In this document: in pieces, positions 11,919 to 20,036 of the stretch
Numbering within the stretch: the stretch's first letter is position 1
How the letters are laid out: each line of letters starts with the position of its first letter
The notes under the pieces: model-generated
The model's input: the letters and a program-made list of their open reading frames with translations, nothing else
What the model was told of the DNA's origin: nothing
The model's database searches: none
NCBI RefSeq assembly: GCF_004365815.1
Contig: NZ_SODD01000003.1
Span: 82,286 to 114,285, forward strand
DNA: 32,000 bases
From: Breznakia blatticola
GTDB taxonomy: Bacteria > Bacillota_I > Bacilli_A > Erysipelotrichales > Erysipelotrichaceae
Reading direction: 5' to 3'
Made by a program: the position numbers and the translations under genes

Positions 11919-13820
11919 ATGAACAAATACCAAGAACAGATTTTACGCGAGCTAATGTCAGCAGATACATCACTAACAAACGAAGCGTTGGGTAGTCTAC
12001 TACAAGTTAGCGCAAAAACAATCCAAAGAAATACCAAAGATTTAAAAATCATCTTGCAAGTCAATGGAGCAATTTTAGAAACAAAACCAAGTGTAGGAAG
12101 CACACTTCATATTCATGATCAAAATAAGTTTAATAAATTTTTAGCATTACAAACGAACCATGATTACTTACCTTCTACACCAGAAGAACGTATTACATAT
12201 ATTCTTGATAAATTACTGTATTCACATGAATATATCAAAACATCCGATCTAGCAAACCGTTTATTTATCTCGCAATCGTGTCTAGCAATGGACATTAAAA
12301 AAGTACGTGAAATTCTAATAAAAAATGATTTAGAAATTATCTCTAAACCAAATTATGGAATCAAAATACAAGGTAGTGAAAGAAACATTCGACTAGCAAT
12401 GGCAGAACAATATACGAAACGACGCCAAAATGAAACATTTGTTGTTGCTTCAATTCACAATGATTCATATAAGACGATGCTTAATGAAGTCATTTCACAA
12501 GTTTTAATTACTGAGAATTTACGAATGTCCGATGTCGCTTTAGAAAGTTTAGTGATTCATTTACTAATTGCAATTGAACGTTTAAAAACCAACAATGTAG
12601 TAAAGCTCAATGAAGGAACTATTCAATCACAAAGTAGTAAGTCTGAATACCAAACTGCTGTGTTATTGCAAAAGGAAGTAGAAAAACGTTTTGGTGTAAC
12701 TTTGCCACAAAGCGAAATTGCATATTTATCACAACACTTATCAGGCAAGAAACATTTTGATGCAAATCTTGAAGAATTCCAAAATGAAATTGATGATAAA
12801 TATAAAGTTCTAGTAAATACCATATTGCGTGCGATTTTTGATCAAACACGTATCGATTTCTATAATGATTTGGATTTAAAGATGAACTTACTCTTGCACA
12901 TCATTCCATTTGTGAATCGTATCGAGAATAATATGCAAATTAAAAATCCGATTATTAATGATATTAAAGAAAACCATAGTTTTGCCTATGAACTTGCTTC
13001 TATTGGTTTACATAGTGTATGCGATAAATTACAAATTCATGTTTCCGAAGATGAAATCAGTTATTTTGCCTTACACTTTATCTTAGCTTTGGAACGCACA
13101 AATGATAATATCAAATACAACATCCTTATCGTATGCAATACAGGAAAAGCAACTTCTCAACTGCTTGCATATCAAATGCAACGTAATTTCGAGCAAAAGA
13201 TAAATACGATTCGAATTGTTGAATCGTATGTTGTAAAAACAATGGATGTATCTTCTTATGACTATATCTTCTCAACAGTTCCGCTTGATGGATCATTTCC
13301 TATCCCTGTTCACTATATAAATAACATTCTTTCAGATAAGGATTTGGCAACCATTAATGGAACATTTACGCATGTTACTCGACCAAGTTCGATATCTCAT
13401 TTGATCACAAGTGATCTATTCTTCACAAATATTGATGCGAATTCGAAAGAAGAAGCAATTTCAACATTTGTAAAACAGCTATCAAACGTCAAAGAACTGC
13501 CTGACAACTTTGAAGAGGAAGTACTAGAAAGAGAACACTTTTCATCAACTGAATTAAATAATCTAGTTGCAATACCACATCCAAACAAAGCACTTGTTAA
13601 TGAAACTTTCATTGCAGTTGGAATTTTGAATCGTCCTATTTGTTGGAACACAAAGAAAGTACAAATCATGTTTTTAATTGCGATTCAGCCAAACAATAAA
13701 GCAAATCTTCGTGATTTTTATGAAAGCCTTGTGGACTTCACCATGAACGAAGACAATCCAAAGAAGTTGGTGAGTGAGCCTACATACGAGAATTTGTTAA
13801 CATTAATTCAAAATGCATAA
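11919..13820 (+). CDS. LicR/CelR-type PRD-containing transcriptional activator (HTH + 2 PRD + EIIB-like + EIIA-like)
   Basis: 633 aa. N-terminal HTH; PRD His motifs (LVIHLLIAIERL, YFALHFILALER); EIIB-like ILIVCNTGKATSQLL; C-terminal EIIA(Mtl/Fru)-like VAIPHP. Divergent from the cel PTS operon. Confidence 0.85.
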   Translation: MNKYQEQILRELMSADTSLTNEALGSLLQVSAKTIQRNTKDLKIILQVNGAILETKPSVGSTLHIHDQNKFNKFLALQTNHDYLPSTPEERITYILDKLLYSHEYIKTSDLANRLFISQSCLAMDIKKVREILIKNDLEIISKPNYGIKIQGSERNIRLAMAEQYTKRRQNETFVVASIHNDSYKTMLNEVISQVLITENLRMSDVALESLVIHLLIAIERLKTNNVVKLNEGTIQSQSSKSEYQTAVLLQKEVEKRFGVTLPQSEIAYLSQHLSGKKHFDANLEEFQNEIDDKYKVLVNTILRAIFDQTRIDFYNDLDLKMNLLLHIIPFVNRIENNMQIKNPIINDIKENHSFAYELASIGLHSVCDKLQIHVSEDEISYFALHFILALERTNDNIKYNILIVCNTGKATSQLLAYQMQRNFEQKINTIRIVESYVVKTMDVSSYDYIFSTVPLDGSFPIPVHYINNILSDKDLATINGTFTHVTRPSSISHLITSDLFFTNIDANSKEEAISTFVKQLSNVKELPDNFEEEVLEREHFSSTELNNLVAIPHPNKALVNETFIAVGILNRPICWNTKKVQIMFLIAIQPNNKANLRDFYESLVDFTMNEDNPKKLVSEPTYENLLTLIQNA

Positions 13821-13825
13821 ACAAA

Positions 13826-13877
13826 AAAAGATTGTTTTCTTTCTAACCCTGTTGGTAAAATGAATAAACAATCTTTT
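13826..13877. terminator. Bidirectional terminator between the convergent regulator and SulP genes
   Basis: Perfect 12-bp stem AAAAGATTGTTT / AAACAATCTTTT with a 28-nt loop and T/A runs on both sides. Confidence 0.55.
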
Positions 13878-13884
13878 CTTTTCG

Positions 13885-15501
13885 TTATTTTGTTTGTAGA
13901 TATTGCAGTGCTTGTGTAGTATCCCAGAAAAAGTTTTCTTCACCAACAAGCTTTGTAATTTCTGCGCGATCAAAGAATACACGCACTTTATCCTGTACAC
14001 CGGAAAACAGTACAGAACCGCCTGCTTCCTGTTTTTCCTTGCAGAAGTTTAAAATCTCTTGAACACCTGATGTATCAATATTTGCTACTCCACGCATAGA
14101 TAAAATTAGATGCTTTCCTTTAGCTTGTTGGATTTGTTTAGCAAATGATTCAGCAGTTCCAAAGAAAATAGGTCCCGTAATATATACAACTTGTGCATCC
14201 GTTGGACAATCTTCTTTTGAAGTAAAACGTAGTGGATCAATCTCACTAACTTGCACATCAATATTTGAGGCACGTACTATAAATAAGAACATCGCAATAA
14301 AACAACCAACCGCAATTGCAACAGTTAAATCAAAGATTACTGTACAGATTAATGTCACACTAAATTTTACAATTGCTTGTTTGAATCGGTGTGAGAAAAT
14401 ATAACGAATACTTTCCCATTCATTCATACGCCATGCCGTCATCATCAACACTCCAGCAAGTGCTGCCATTGGAATTTGTGACATAAATGGACTAAGTAAA
14501 AACATTGATAAAAGTAGTACAAGTCCTTGAATCCAACCCGTCATTCGTGTACAAGCACCAGATTTAATTGCAACGCTTGTTCTTGCGATTGCTGCAGTTG
14601 CAGGAACTCCACCAAAGAAAGGCAACAAGGCATTTCCTACTCCTTGGGCGATTAGTTCACGATCATTACGCAACTTCTCTCCAGACATTTTTCCAGCCAC
14701 AGCTCCACATAGTAAGCTTTCAATCATCCCTAGTGCAGCAATAGAAATCGCTGGCATCAATACAACATCCCATGGAATTCCAAATAGATCACTAGGAAGT
14801 AAGCGCATATCGTGAATAAGTGTTTGTGGAATATCACCAACCATATGTACTGGAAATTGAAATATCATTTGCAAAATCACCATCACAATAATCGATACTA
14901 ATGATGCAGGCACTTTTGCTTGCCATTTTTTAGGCCATACAGTCATCAAGACAATCACTGCTAGTCCAATTATCACTGCATACATATTGACTTGTAACCC
15001 ATCAGTAAAAATGTGAACTACTTTTTCAAGTGCGTTTTCTCCATGGCTTGTAACACCAAGAAAGTTTTCCACTTGACCTAGCGCAATAATAACTGCAATC
15101 CCTGAAGTAAATCCTGTGATAATCGGTTTGGGCAAAAACTGAATCACACGACCTGCTTTTAATAGTCCAGCAATAATTAAAATTACTCCGGATAGTCCAC
15201 CAGCAACAAGCACTGTTTTAATTCCATACTTTGAGGCAAGTGGAATCAAAATTGCAGCCATAGCTCCAGTTGGTCCAGATATTTGATACGATGCACCAGA
15301 TAATGTTCCAATAATAAACGATGCCATAATGGCAGTAATCAGACCGGATGCTGCATCCATTCCACTGGCTACCCCAAATGCTAATGCTAGTGGCAAGGCA
15401 ACTGCGGCAACGGTAATCCCTGCTAATACATCCTTTGTTAGTTTGGATGCATTATAGCCAGAGAACTCATTGCGCATATCTCTTATATACTCTTTAATCA
15501 T
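13885..15501 (-). CDS. SulP-family anion permease with C-terminal STAS domain
   Basis: SulP N-terminal pattern LTKDVLAGITVAAVALPLALAFG, many TM segments, and a STAS-like tail. The likely start is MIKEYIRD at 15501 (RBS AAGGGGA 9 nt upstream). Confidence 0.88.
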   Translation of the reverse strand: MIKEYIRDMRNEFSGYNASKLTKDVLAGITVAAVALPLALAFGVASGMDAASGLITAIMASFIIGTLSGASYQISGPTGAMAAILIPLASKYGIKTVLVAGGLSGVILIIAGLLKAGRVIQFLPKPIITGFTSGIAVIIALGQVENFLGVTSHGENALEKVVHIFTDGLQVNMYAVIIGLAVIVLMTVWPKKWQAKVPASLVSIIVMVILQMIFQFPVHMVGDIPQTLIHDMRLLPSDLFGIPWDVVLMPAISIAALGMIESLLCGAVAGKMSGEKLRNDRELIAQGVGNALLPFFGGVPATAAIARTSVAIKSGACTRMTGWIQGLVLLLSMFLLSPFMSQIPMAALAGVLMMTAWRMNEWESIRYIFSHRFKQAIVKFSVTLICTVIFDLTVAIAVGCFIAMFLFIVRASNIDVQVSEIDPLRFTSKEDCPTDAQVVYITGPIFFGTAESFAKQIQQAKGKHLILSMRGVANIDTSGVQEILNFCKEKQEAGGSVLFSGVQDKVRVFFDRAEITKLVGEENFFWDTTQALQYLQTK

Positions 15502-15535
15502 AAAATGTATTCCCCTTTTTACAATAACGTTCCTT

Positions 15536-15564
15536 ATTATATACGCCAATTGTATAAATGTAAA
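15536..15564 (-). promoter_or_regulatory. Sigma-A-type promoter for the SulP gene
   Basis: Minus strand: TTTACA, 17 nt spacer, TATAAT (-35 at 15564..15559, -10 at 15541..15536). Confidence 0.6.
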
Positions 15565-15634
15565 TTCCTTATAGAAAAGAACTATCTTATTCTTTCTTTG
15601 ATTTTATGACATATCTAACATTTTTATTCTTTGC

Positions 15635-15667
15635 ACAAAGCAGCCATGTTGAACACAGCTGCTTTGT
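15635..15667. terminator. Hairpin immediately after the trpA stop
   Basis: 10-bp stem ACAAAGCAGC / GCTGCTTTGT. The U-tract is on the plus-strand side only, so function as the minus-strand trpBA terminator is uncertain. Confidence 0.4.
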
Positions 15668-15668
15668 T

Positions 15669-16388
15669 TTATTTAGATACTACTCGTTTTTGTATATACG
15701 CAAATATTTGTTTATCCATATCTTTCTCATGTTTTTCACATATCTCAACAATTGGTGTATCAATCACGATTCCATTCACATGATTCGAAGATACTTGATT
15801 TTGATCATTGTAGCCAATAATCACTGGAATCTCACTAACTTCACGAACTTGTTGAATCGTAGATGATATATCATGACCTACAACATATAAGCAACCGCTT
15901 GCCTTACTAACGATATCCGTAATTCGTTTATCACTAGAAGAAGAGACCATAAATATTTGTGTGACATCATATTGTTTGCAATACAAAGAAATCTCATCAC
16001 ATTCTTCAAAAGGAATATCTGGAATAATCAATCCGTCAACTCCACTTTCCTGGCATTGTTTGAAAAATGCATCATATCCATAGATATACACCGGATTTGC
16101 ATATGTTTGTAAAATAAGTGGTATCTTACTTTGTTTGCGCACTTCATTAACAATCACAAACATATCCTTAGTTGTAATTCCACTATCCAATGCACGCATA
16201 CTTGCTTTTTGAATGACTGGACCTTCTGCTACAGGATCTGAGAATGGCACTCCGATAATCACCATACTAGCCCCTGCTTCACTAAGTGCAAGTATGTGAT
16301 TCACACTTGCTTGGATACCTCCATCACCACCTGTAATATATCCAACTATCGAATTCTTGCTTTGCAATGCATTTGTAATTTTATTCAT
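15669..16388 (-). CDS. trpA: Tryptophan synthase alpha-subunit homologue with degenerate active site
   Basis: [23 protein letters not shown] aligns with E. coli [23 protein letters not shown]. Start ATG 16388 overlaps the trpB end by 8 nt. The catalytic and phosphate-binding positions are substituted (see finding). Confidence 0.8.
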   Translation of the reverse strand: MNKITNALQSKNSIVGYITGGDGGIQASVNHILALSEAGASMVIIGVPFSDPVAEGPVIQKASMRALDSGITTKDMFVIVNEVRKQSKIPLILQTYANPVYIYGYDAFFKQCQESGVDGLIIPDIPFEECDEISLYCKQYDVTQIFMVSSSSDKRITDIVSKASGCLYVVGHDISSTIQQVREVSEIPVIIGYNDQNQVSSNHVNGIVIDTPIVEICEKHEKDMDKQIFAYIQKRVVSK

Positions 16389-17568
16389 GTAGATCAATCC
16401 CCCTATAACGTGCAATCGCTGCAACATCTTTATCTCCTCGACCGGATACATTCACAATTATGCAATCTTCTATTGACAATGTTTGTGCATACTTTATTGC
16501 ATATGCAATCGCATGACTACTTTCGATTGCTGGGATAATCCCTTCAATCTTTGATAGATAATGAAATGCATCAACTGCTTCATCATCGGTAATTGGTACA
16601 TACGTAGCCCGTCCAATATCATGCAAATGGGCATGTTCAGGCCCTACACCTGGATAATCCAATCCTGCCGAAATAGAGTATACTGGGGCAATTTGTCCAG
16701 TTTCATCCTGACAGAAATAACTTTTCATTCCATGGAAAATTCCTTTTGGTGCATTTGATGACACGGTTGCTGCATGTAATTTCGTATTAACTCCCTTTCC
16801 TGCACCTTCACAACCAATTAGTTTTACATCCTCATCTTCAATAAAATGATAGAAACTTCCAATCGCATTACTCCCTCCACCAATACATGCAATTACTGCT
16901 TTGGGTAGTTTTCCTTCTTTTTCTAAAATTTGTGCTTTCATTTCCTTGGAAATAATTGCTTGAAAGTCACGCACCATCATAGGAAATGGATGAGGTCCCA
17001 TCACACTTCCAAGTACATAATGTGTATCTTCCATCCGACTTGCCCACTCACGCATGGTTTCATTTACTGCATCTTTTAGTGTTTTTGTACCTGAAGTTAC
17101 TGCATGTACTTTTGCTCCTAATAGTTCCATACGATACACATTGAGTGCTTGACGAATTGTATCCTCTTCACCCATAAAAATCTCGCATTCCATTCCCATA
17201 AGCGCAGCCGCTGTTGCTGTAGCAACCCCATGTTGACCTGCTCCTGTTTCAGCAATCACTCTTGTTTTTCCCATCTTTTTAGCAAGTAAAACTTGTCCAA
17301 GAACATTATTAATCTTATGCGATCCTGTATGATTTAAATCTTCACGCTTTAGATAGATTTTTGCACCACCAAGATCTTCACTCATACGTTTTGCCTCATA
17401 CAACAAACTTGGTCTACCTGCATACTCATTGAGTAGTGTTGTTAGTTCTTGTTGGAACATATCATCATGTTTTACTTTCTCATAAAAATCTGTGAGTTTA
17501 TGAATTTCATCCATTAGCACTTCTGGAATATACTGTCCTCCGTGTTCTCCAAATCTTCCTTCTTTCAT
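16381..17568 (-). CDS. trpB: Tryptophan synthase beta subunit
   Basis: 395 aa. PLP-lysine motif HTGSHKINN, plus ETGAGQHG and GGGSNAIG. N-terminus [11 protein letters not shown]. Confidence 0.95.
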   Translation of the reverse strand: MKEGRFGEHGGQYIPEVLMDEIHKLTDFYEKVKHDDMFQQELTTLLNEYAGRPSLLYEAKRMSEDLGGAKIYLKREDLNHTGSHKINNVLGQVLLAKKMGKTRVIAETGAGQHGVATATAAALMGMECEIFMGEEDTIRQALNVYRMELLGAKVHAVTSGTKTLKDAVNETMREWASRMEDTHYVLGSVMGPHPFPMMVRDFQAIISKEMKAQILEKEGKLPKAVIACIGGGSNAIGSFYHFIEDEDVKLIGCEGAGKGVNTKLHAATVSSNAPKGIFHGMKSYFCQDETGQIAPVYSISAGLDYPGVGPEHAHLHDIGRATYVPITDDEAVDAFHYLSKIEGIIPAIESSHAIAYAIKYAQTLSIEDCIIVNVSGRGDKDVAAIARYRGIDLHE

Positions 17569-17618
17569 TTTGTATACCTCTTACTTTCTCGTATCATTTC
17601 TATTTGTATTTGTGTCAT
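17565..17618 (-). CDS. Candidate 17-aa upstream sORF ([17 protein letters not shown]) coupled to trpB
   Basis: RBS AGGAGA lies 5 nt upstream of ATG 17618. Its TGA overlaps the trpB ATG (ATGA). Too short to distinguish from chance. Confidence 0.3.
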   Translation of the reverse strand: MTQIQIEMIRESKRYTK

Positions 17619-17683
17619 ATATTTCTCCTAATTGAATGTTAATCAAACCGTTACATCTTTAAAAAGTGCATGTTATTAACCAT

Positions 17684-17716
17684 TCACCAACTACATCTTG
17701 ATACATTGAAATTCAT
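17684..17716 (-). CDS. Candidate 10-aa sORF (MNFNVSRCSW) directly after the T-box terminator
   Basis: RBS AAGGAG lies 6 nt upstream of ATG 17716. The last sense codon is UGG (Trp), followed by UGA. Confidence 0.25.
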   Translation of the reverse strand: MNFNVSRCSW

Positions 17717-17734
17717 AATATTCTCCTTAATCGA

Positions 17735-18005
17735 CAAAAAACCGTCCCTGACAAAAAATCTTGTCAAGGACGGTTATACCGCGGTGCCACCTTGTTTCAT
17801 GTTTCACAAAAAAACATGCGCTTTGTAAGATGCTATCACATCTCTTGCTACTTACGTAAGCATTCACGTCAGAAGCTACTAAGCATCTTTGCTTTTCACT
17901 TTGCCCTCTGTGGTCCATTTGCTAGGCTGCGTTCTGCTTGTTTCCACCATCCAAGCTCTCTAGTAGTGCACACGTTAACGTTATCTCCACTTCATCGGTT
18001 TGATT
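17735..18005 (-). ncRNA. Tryptophan-specific T-box riboswitch leader of trpBA
   Basis: Minus strand shows four elements. (1) A K-turn/S-turn base CGATGAAGTGGAGATAA. (2) An AGAGAG bulge and distal loop GATGGTGGAAA. (3) A specifier loop AAA-UGG-A followed by CCAC, which pairs with the 5' GTGG (UGG at 17917..17915). (4) The conserved T-box AAGGTGGCACCGCGG (about 17793..17779), followed by the terminator AACCGTCCTTGACAA...TTGTCAGGGACGGTTTTTT. Confidence 0.88.
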
Positions 18006-18011
18006 GCATGC

Positions 18012-18041
18012 ATAATAGCATTAATCAAAAGATGAAGTCAA
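18012..18041 (-). promoter_or_regulatory. Promoter of the T-box/trpBA transcript
   Basis: Minus strand: TTGACT, 18 nt spacer, TATTAT. The spacer ends in TGC, giving an extended -10-like TGn. Confidence 0.65.
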
Positions 18042-18084
18042 TATAAAATATCAAACAAATTAAAATTTATGATTTCAACTATTT

Positions 18085-18127
18085 AAAAAATGGATGTACT
18101 TTCATGATTGAAATCACTAGAAAGTAC
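18085..18127 (-). terminator. Putative terminator downstream of the XRE gene
   Basis: 8-bp stem GTACTTTC / GAAAGTAC with a 16-nt loop. On the minus strand it is followed by ATCCA and then TTTTTT. Confidence 0.45.
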
Positions 18128-18154
18128 CCTCAAAATAACAGCATACATTGCAAA

Positions 18155-18583
18155 TTAATCATCTATAATTACTGTTTCTTCAGTTATTATTTGTTGTTTA
18201 TTTTGATCAGTATCACTAATGTATTGTGCACTAAAAAACACCATCATAAAAACATATAATAAAACGATCACTGCTAATGTAATACCAACAACTTTCCATA
18301 TGCGTCGTGAGCGTCGATTTTTAATTGCAAGTTGCTCATTTATTCTAGATAGTTGTATTGCTATATCATCCGCAGACTTTTCATTTTCAACTGATGCACC
18401 AAGCAATTCACTAACAGACACATCTAATATTTCTGCAAGACGAATTAATGTATCCGCATCTGGCACAGATAAGTTTTTCTCCCATTTTGAAATTGTTTGT
18501 CTGACTACATGAAGTCTGGTTGCTAATTCCTCTTGCGAAAAACCATTTTGCTTTCTAAGGTTTTTTAGATTCTCACTAAACAT
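18155..18583 (-). CDS. XRE-family HTH regulator with C-terminal transmembrane anchor
   Basis: N-terminal HTH_3 pattern LKNLRKQNGFSQEELATRLHVVRQTISKWEKNLSVPD. A hydrophobic segment WKVVGITLAVIVLLYVFMMVFF lies near the C-terminus. Confidence 0.85.
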   Translation of the reverse strand: MFSENLKNLRKQNGFSQEELATRLHVVRQTISKWEKNLSVPDADTLIRLAEILDVSVSELLGASVENEKSADDIAIQLSRINEQLAIKNRRSRRIWKVVGITLAVIVLLYVFMMVFFSAQYISDTDQNKQQIITEETVIIDD

Positions 18584-18726
18584 AATACGTTACACTCCTT
18601 TGTTTTGATGAATCAAAAGTACCACGATACCTATTATGAGACAAGCAACGCAAATTAACATGAACAAAATGATCCATAAAAATACAACTCTATTGTTACT
18701 AAAATATTGATTTATTCCACTGATTT

Positions 18727-18757
18727 CAAAAGAAAAAGGAGTAGCTCTACTCCTTTT
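18727..18757 (-). terminator. Intrinsic terminator after the small hydrophilin gene
   Basis: Perfect 11-bp stem AAAAGGAGTAG / CTACTCCTTTT flanked by T-rich sequence on both strands. Confidence 0.7.
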
Positions 18758-18775
18758 GGGCAATGATATTTACAA

Positions 18776-19003
18776 CTATTTCTTGAATTTATCTTTCAAT
18801 TCATCGATTTTGTCTTCAGCTGCATCTTTAACATCTCCAGCTTTATCTTTAACATCTTCACCGAAAGATTTCGCTTTATCTGCAACATCTTCACCAGCAT
18901 CTTTTACTTTATCAGCTGCTTCTTTTGCTTTGTCAGAAACATCTTTTCCAAAGTCTTCAGCTTTGTCTTTTAATTCATCTAATTTGTTTTTTAAGTCTGC
19001 CAT
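18776..19003 (-). CDS. Small D/K/A-rich repeat protein (LEA/hydrophilin- or CsbD-like stress protein)
   Basis: 75 aa. Strong RBS AGGAGGAAATATTT-ATG. Imperfect 7/11-residue repeats DKAxxFGxDVx. The plus-strand ORF 18756..19019 is its low-complexity antisense shadow. Confidence 0.7.
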   Translation of the reverse strand: MADLKNKLDELKDKAEDFGKDVSDKAKEAADKVKDAGEDVADKAKSFGEDVKDKAGDVKDAAEDKIDELKDKFKK

Positions 19004-19105
19004 AAATATTTCCTCCTAAATTTATCCCTGGTCTTTCGACCTCATATTTAGTCTAACATGTATATTTATGGTTTCAACCAAGACGCTCAAACAATACATA
19101 ATGTA

Positions 19106-19864
19106 CTAGTCGACTAGATACATATCTTTTAGTAATTGACGTTCTTGATTCGTTACTTGTAATGCATCTGTGATGTATTGATCAAATGAACCAAACTTCT
19201 TATCTGCTTCATCAAATGCTGCCTCTAAGAAATCTGCACTTACTGACATTAATGTTAAAAAGCGTTCTACTTCAATATCAGATTTTCCTGCTTCACGTAG
19301 TTTTTGTGCCATTTGTTCGTTTGCCTCTCTACGTCCTTCAATGGTTTTTAAATAATCTGTGAAGATATCTTCCTTAGATACACCAAGAATTGTTAGGATA
19401 ATCGCTGCTCCAATTCCAGTACGATCTTTTCCTGCTTGGCAGTGAAACAATACAGATCCTTCATCTTGTTTAAGTAATACGTCAATGAACTTACGATATT
19501 GTTTTTGTGCAAATGTATCCACAATTAATTGGCGATACAATCCTTGCATCAAACCATGTGAATCATTTGTATTCATTTGATCCATTAAGTTTTGTTGGGA
19601 TGTTGTTTTAACATCTTTCTCCATGATATTGATGTAGTATTCACTTACTCCAGATAATACATCATCTGGATTTTTTGCAATTTCATCATCCCCACGAAAA
19701 TCTACAATTGCTTTTAGTTGATATGTATCTAACAATTCTTTTTGTTCATTTTCTGGAAGTTCATATAGTACTCCACTTCTCAATAAGCGATGCTTTGCAA
19801 CACGTTTTCCATCAATTGTTTTGATATCCCCTAAATCTCTAAAATTTACTAATTTACTAAACAT
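19106..19864 (-). CDS. Protein-tyrosine/dual-specificity phosphatase (CX5R, IphP/Y_phosphatase3-like)
   Basis: Active-site loop HCQAGKDRTG. N-terminal NFRDLG motif typical of this family. RBS AGAGAGG. Confidence 0.85.
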   Translation of the reverse strand: MFSKLVNFRDLGDIKTIDGKRVAKHRLLRSGVLYELPENEQKELLDTYQLKAIVDFRGDDEIAKNPDDVLSGVSEYYINIMEKDVKTTSQQNLMDQMNTNDSHGLMQGLYRQLIVDTFAQKQYRKFIDVLLKQDEGSVLFHCQAGKDRTGIGAAIILTILGVSKEDIFTDYLKTIEGRREANEQMAQKLREAGKSDIEVERFLTLMSVSADFLEAAFDEADKKFGSFDQYITDALQVTNQERQLLKDMYLVD

Positions 19865-19969
19865 AATCTACCTCTCTGTTATTCAAATATTGTAACACAA
19901 ATCTATTTTTTGGATTTTTTGATTTCTTAAAAGTGAAACCGCTTACTTCATTTTTCTTAATAAATCGTA

Positions 19970-20010
19970 TTGTGTTCAAGTAAAAATACCGATATAATGT
20001 GTCAAGACAC
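19970..20010 (+). promoter_or_regulatory. Promoter plus perfect palindromic operator upstream of the S-component gene
   Basis: TTGTGT (19970-75), 17 nt spacer, TATAAT (19993-98). Immediately after comes the 12-bp perfect palindrome GTGTCAAGACAC (19999-20010), covering the predicted +1. Confidence 0.55.
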
Positions 20011-20036
20011 TTATATTTACAGAAGGAGAATATATT

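Noticed and set aside
11915-12103. Minus-strand 62-aa ORF at the start of the LicR-type regulator gene; also 13803..14000 (-), 15606..15866 (+), 23353..23547 (-), 26584..26766 (+) and 26987..27205 (+).
   Set aside because: They overlap well-supported genes or terminator/promoter regions, have no RBS, and show no recognisable motifs.
17727-18046. ORFs 17727..17918 (-) and 17792..18046 (+).
   Set aside because: Both lie entirely within the T-box leader RNA. The region is explained by conserved T-box structure elements and neither ORF has an RBS.
18756-19019. Plus-strand 87-aa Ser/Leu/Ala-rich ORF.
   Set aside because: It is the antisense shadow of the repeat-rich hydrophilin gene. The minus-strand ORF has a strong AGGAGG RBS and a terminator, and the plus-strand ORF has neither.
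19106-19117. Perfect 12-bp palindrome CTAGTCGACTAG containing SpeI-like and SalI sites, which looks like a cloning-site scar.
   Set aside because: It encodes the natural C-terminus (…LVD-stop) of the tyrosine phosphatase in frame, and no vector-like sequence flanks it. Most likely coincidental.
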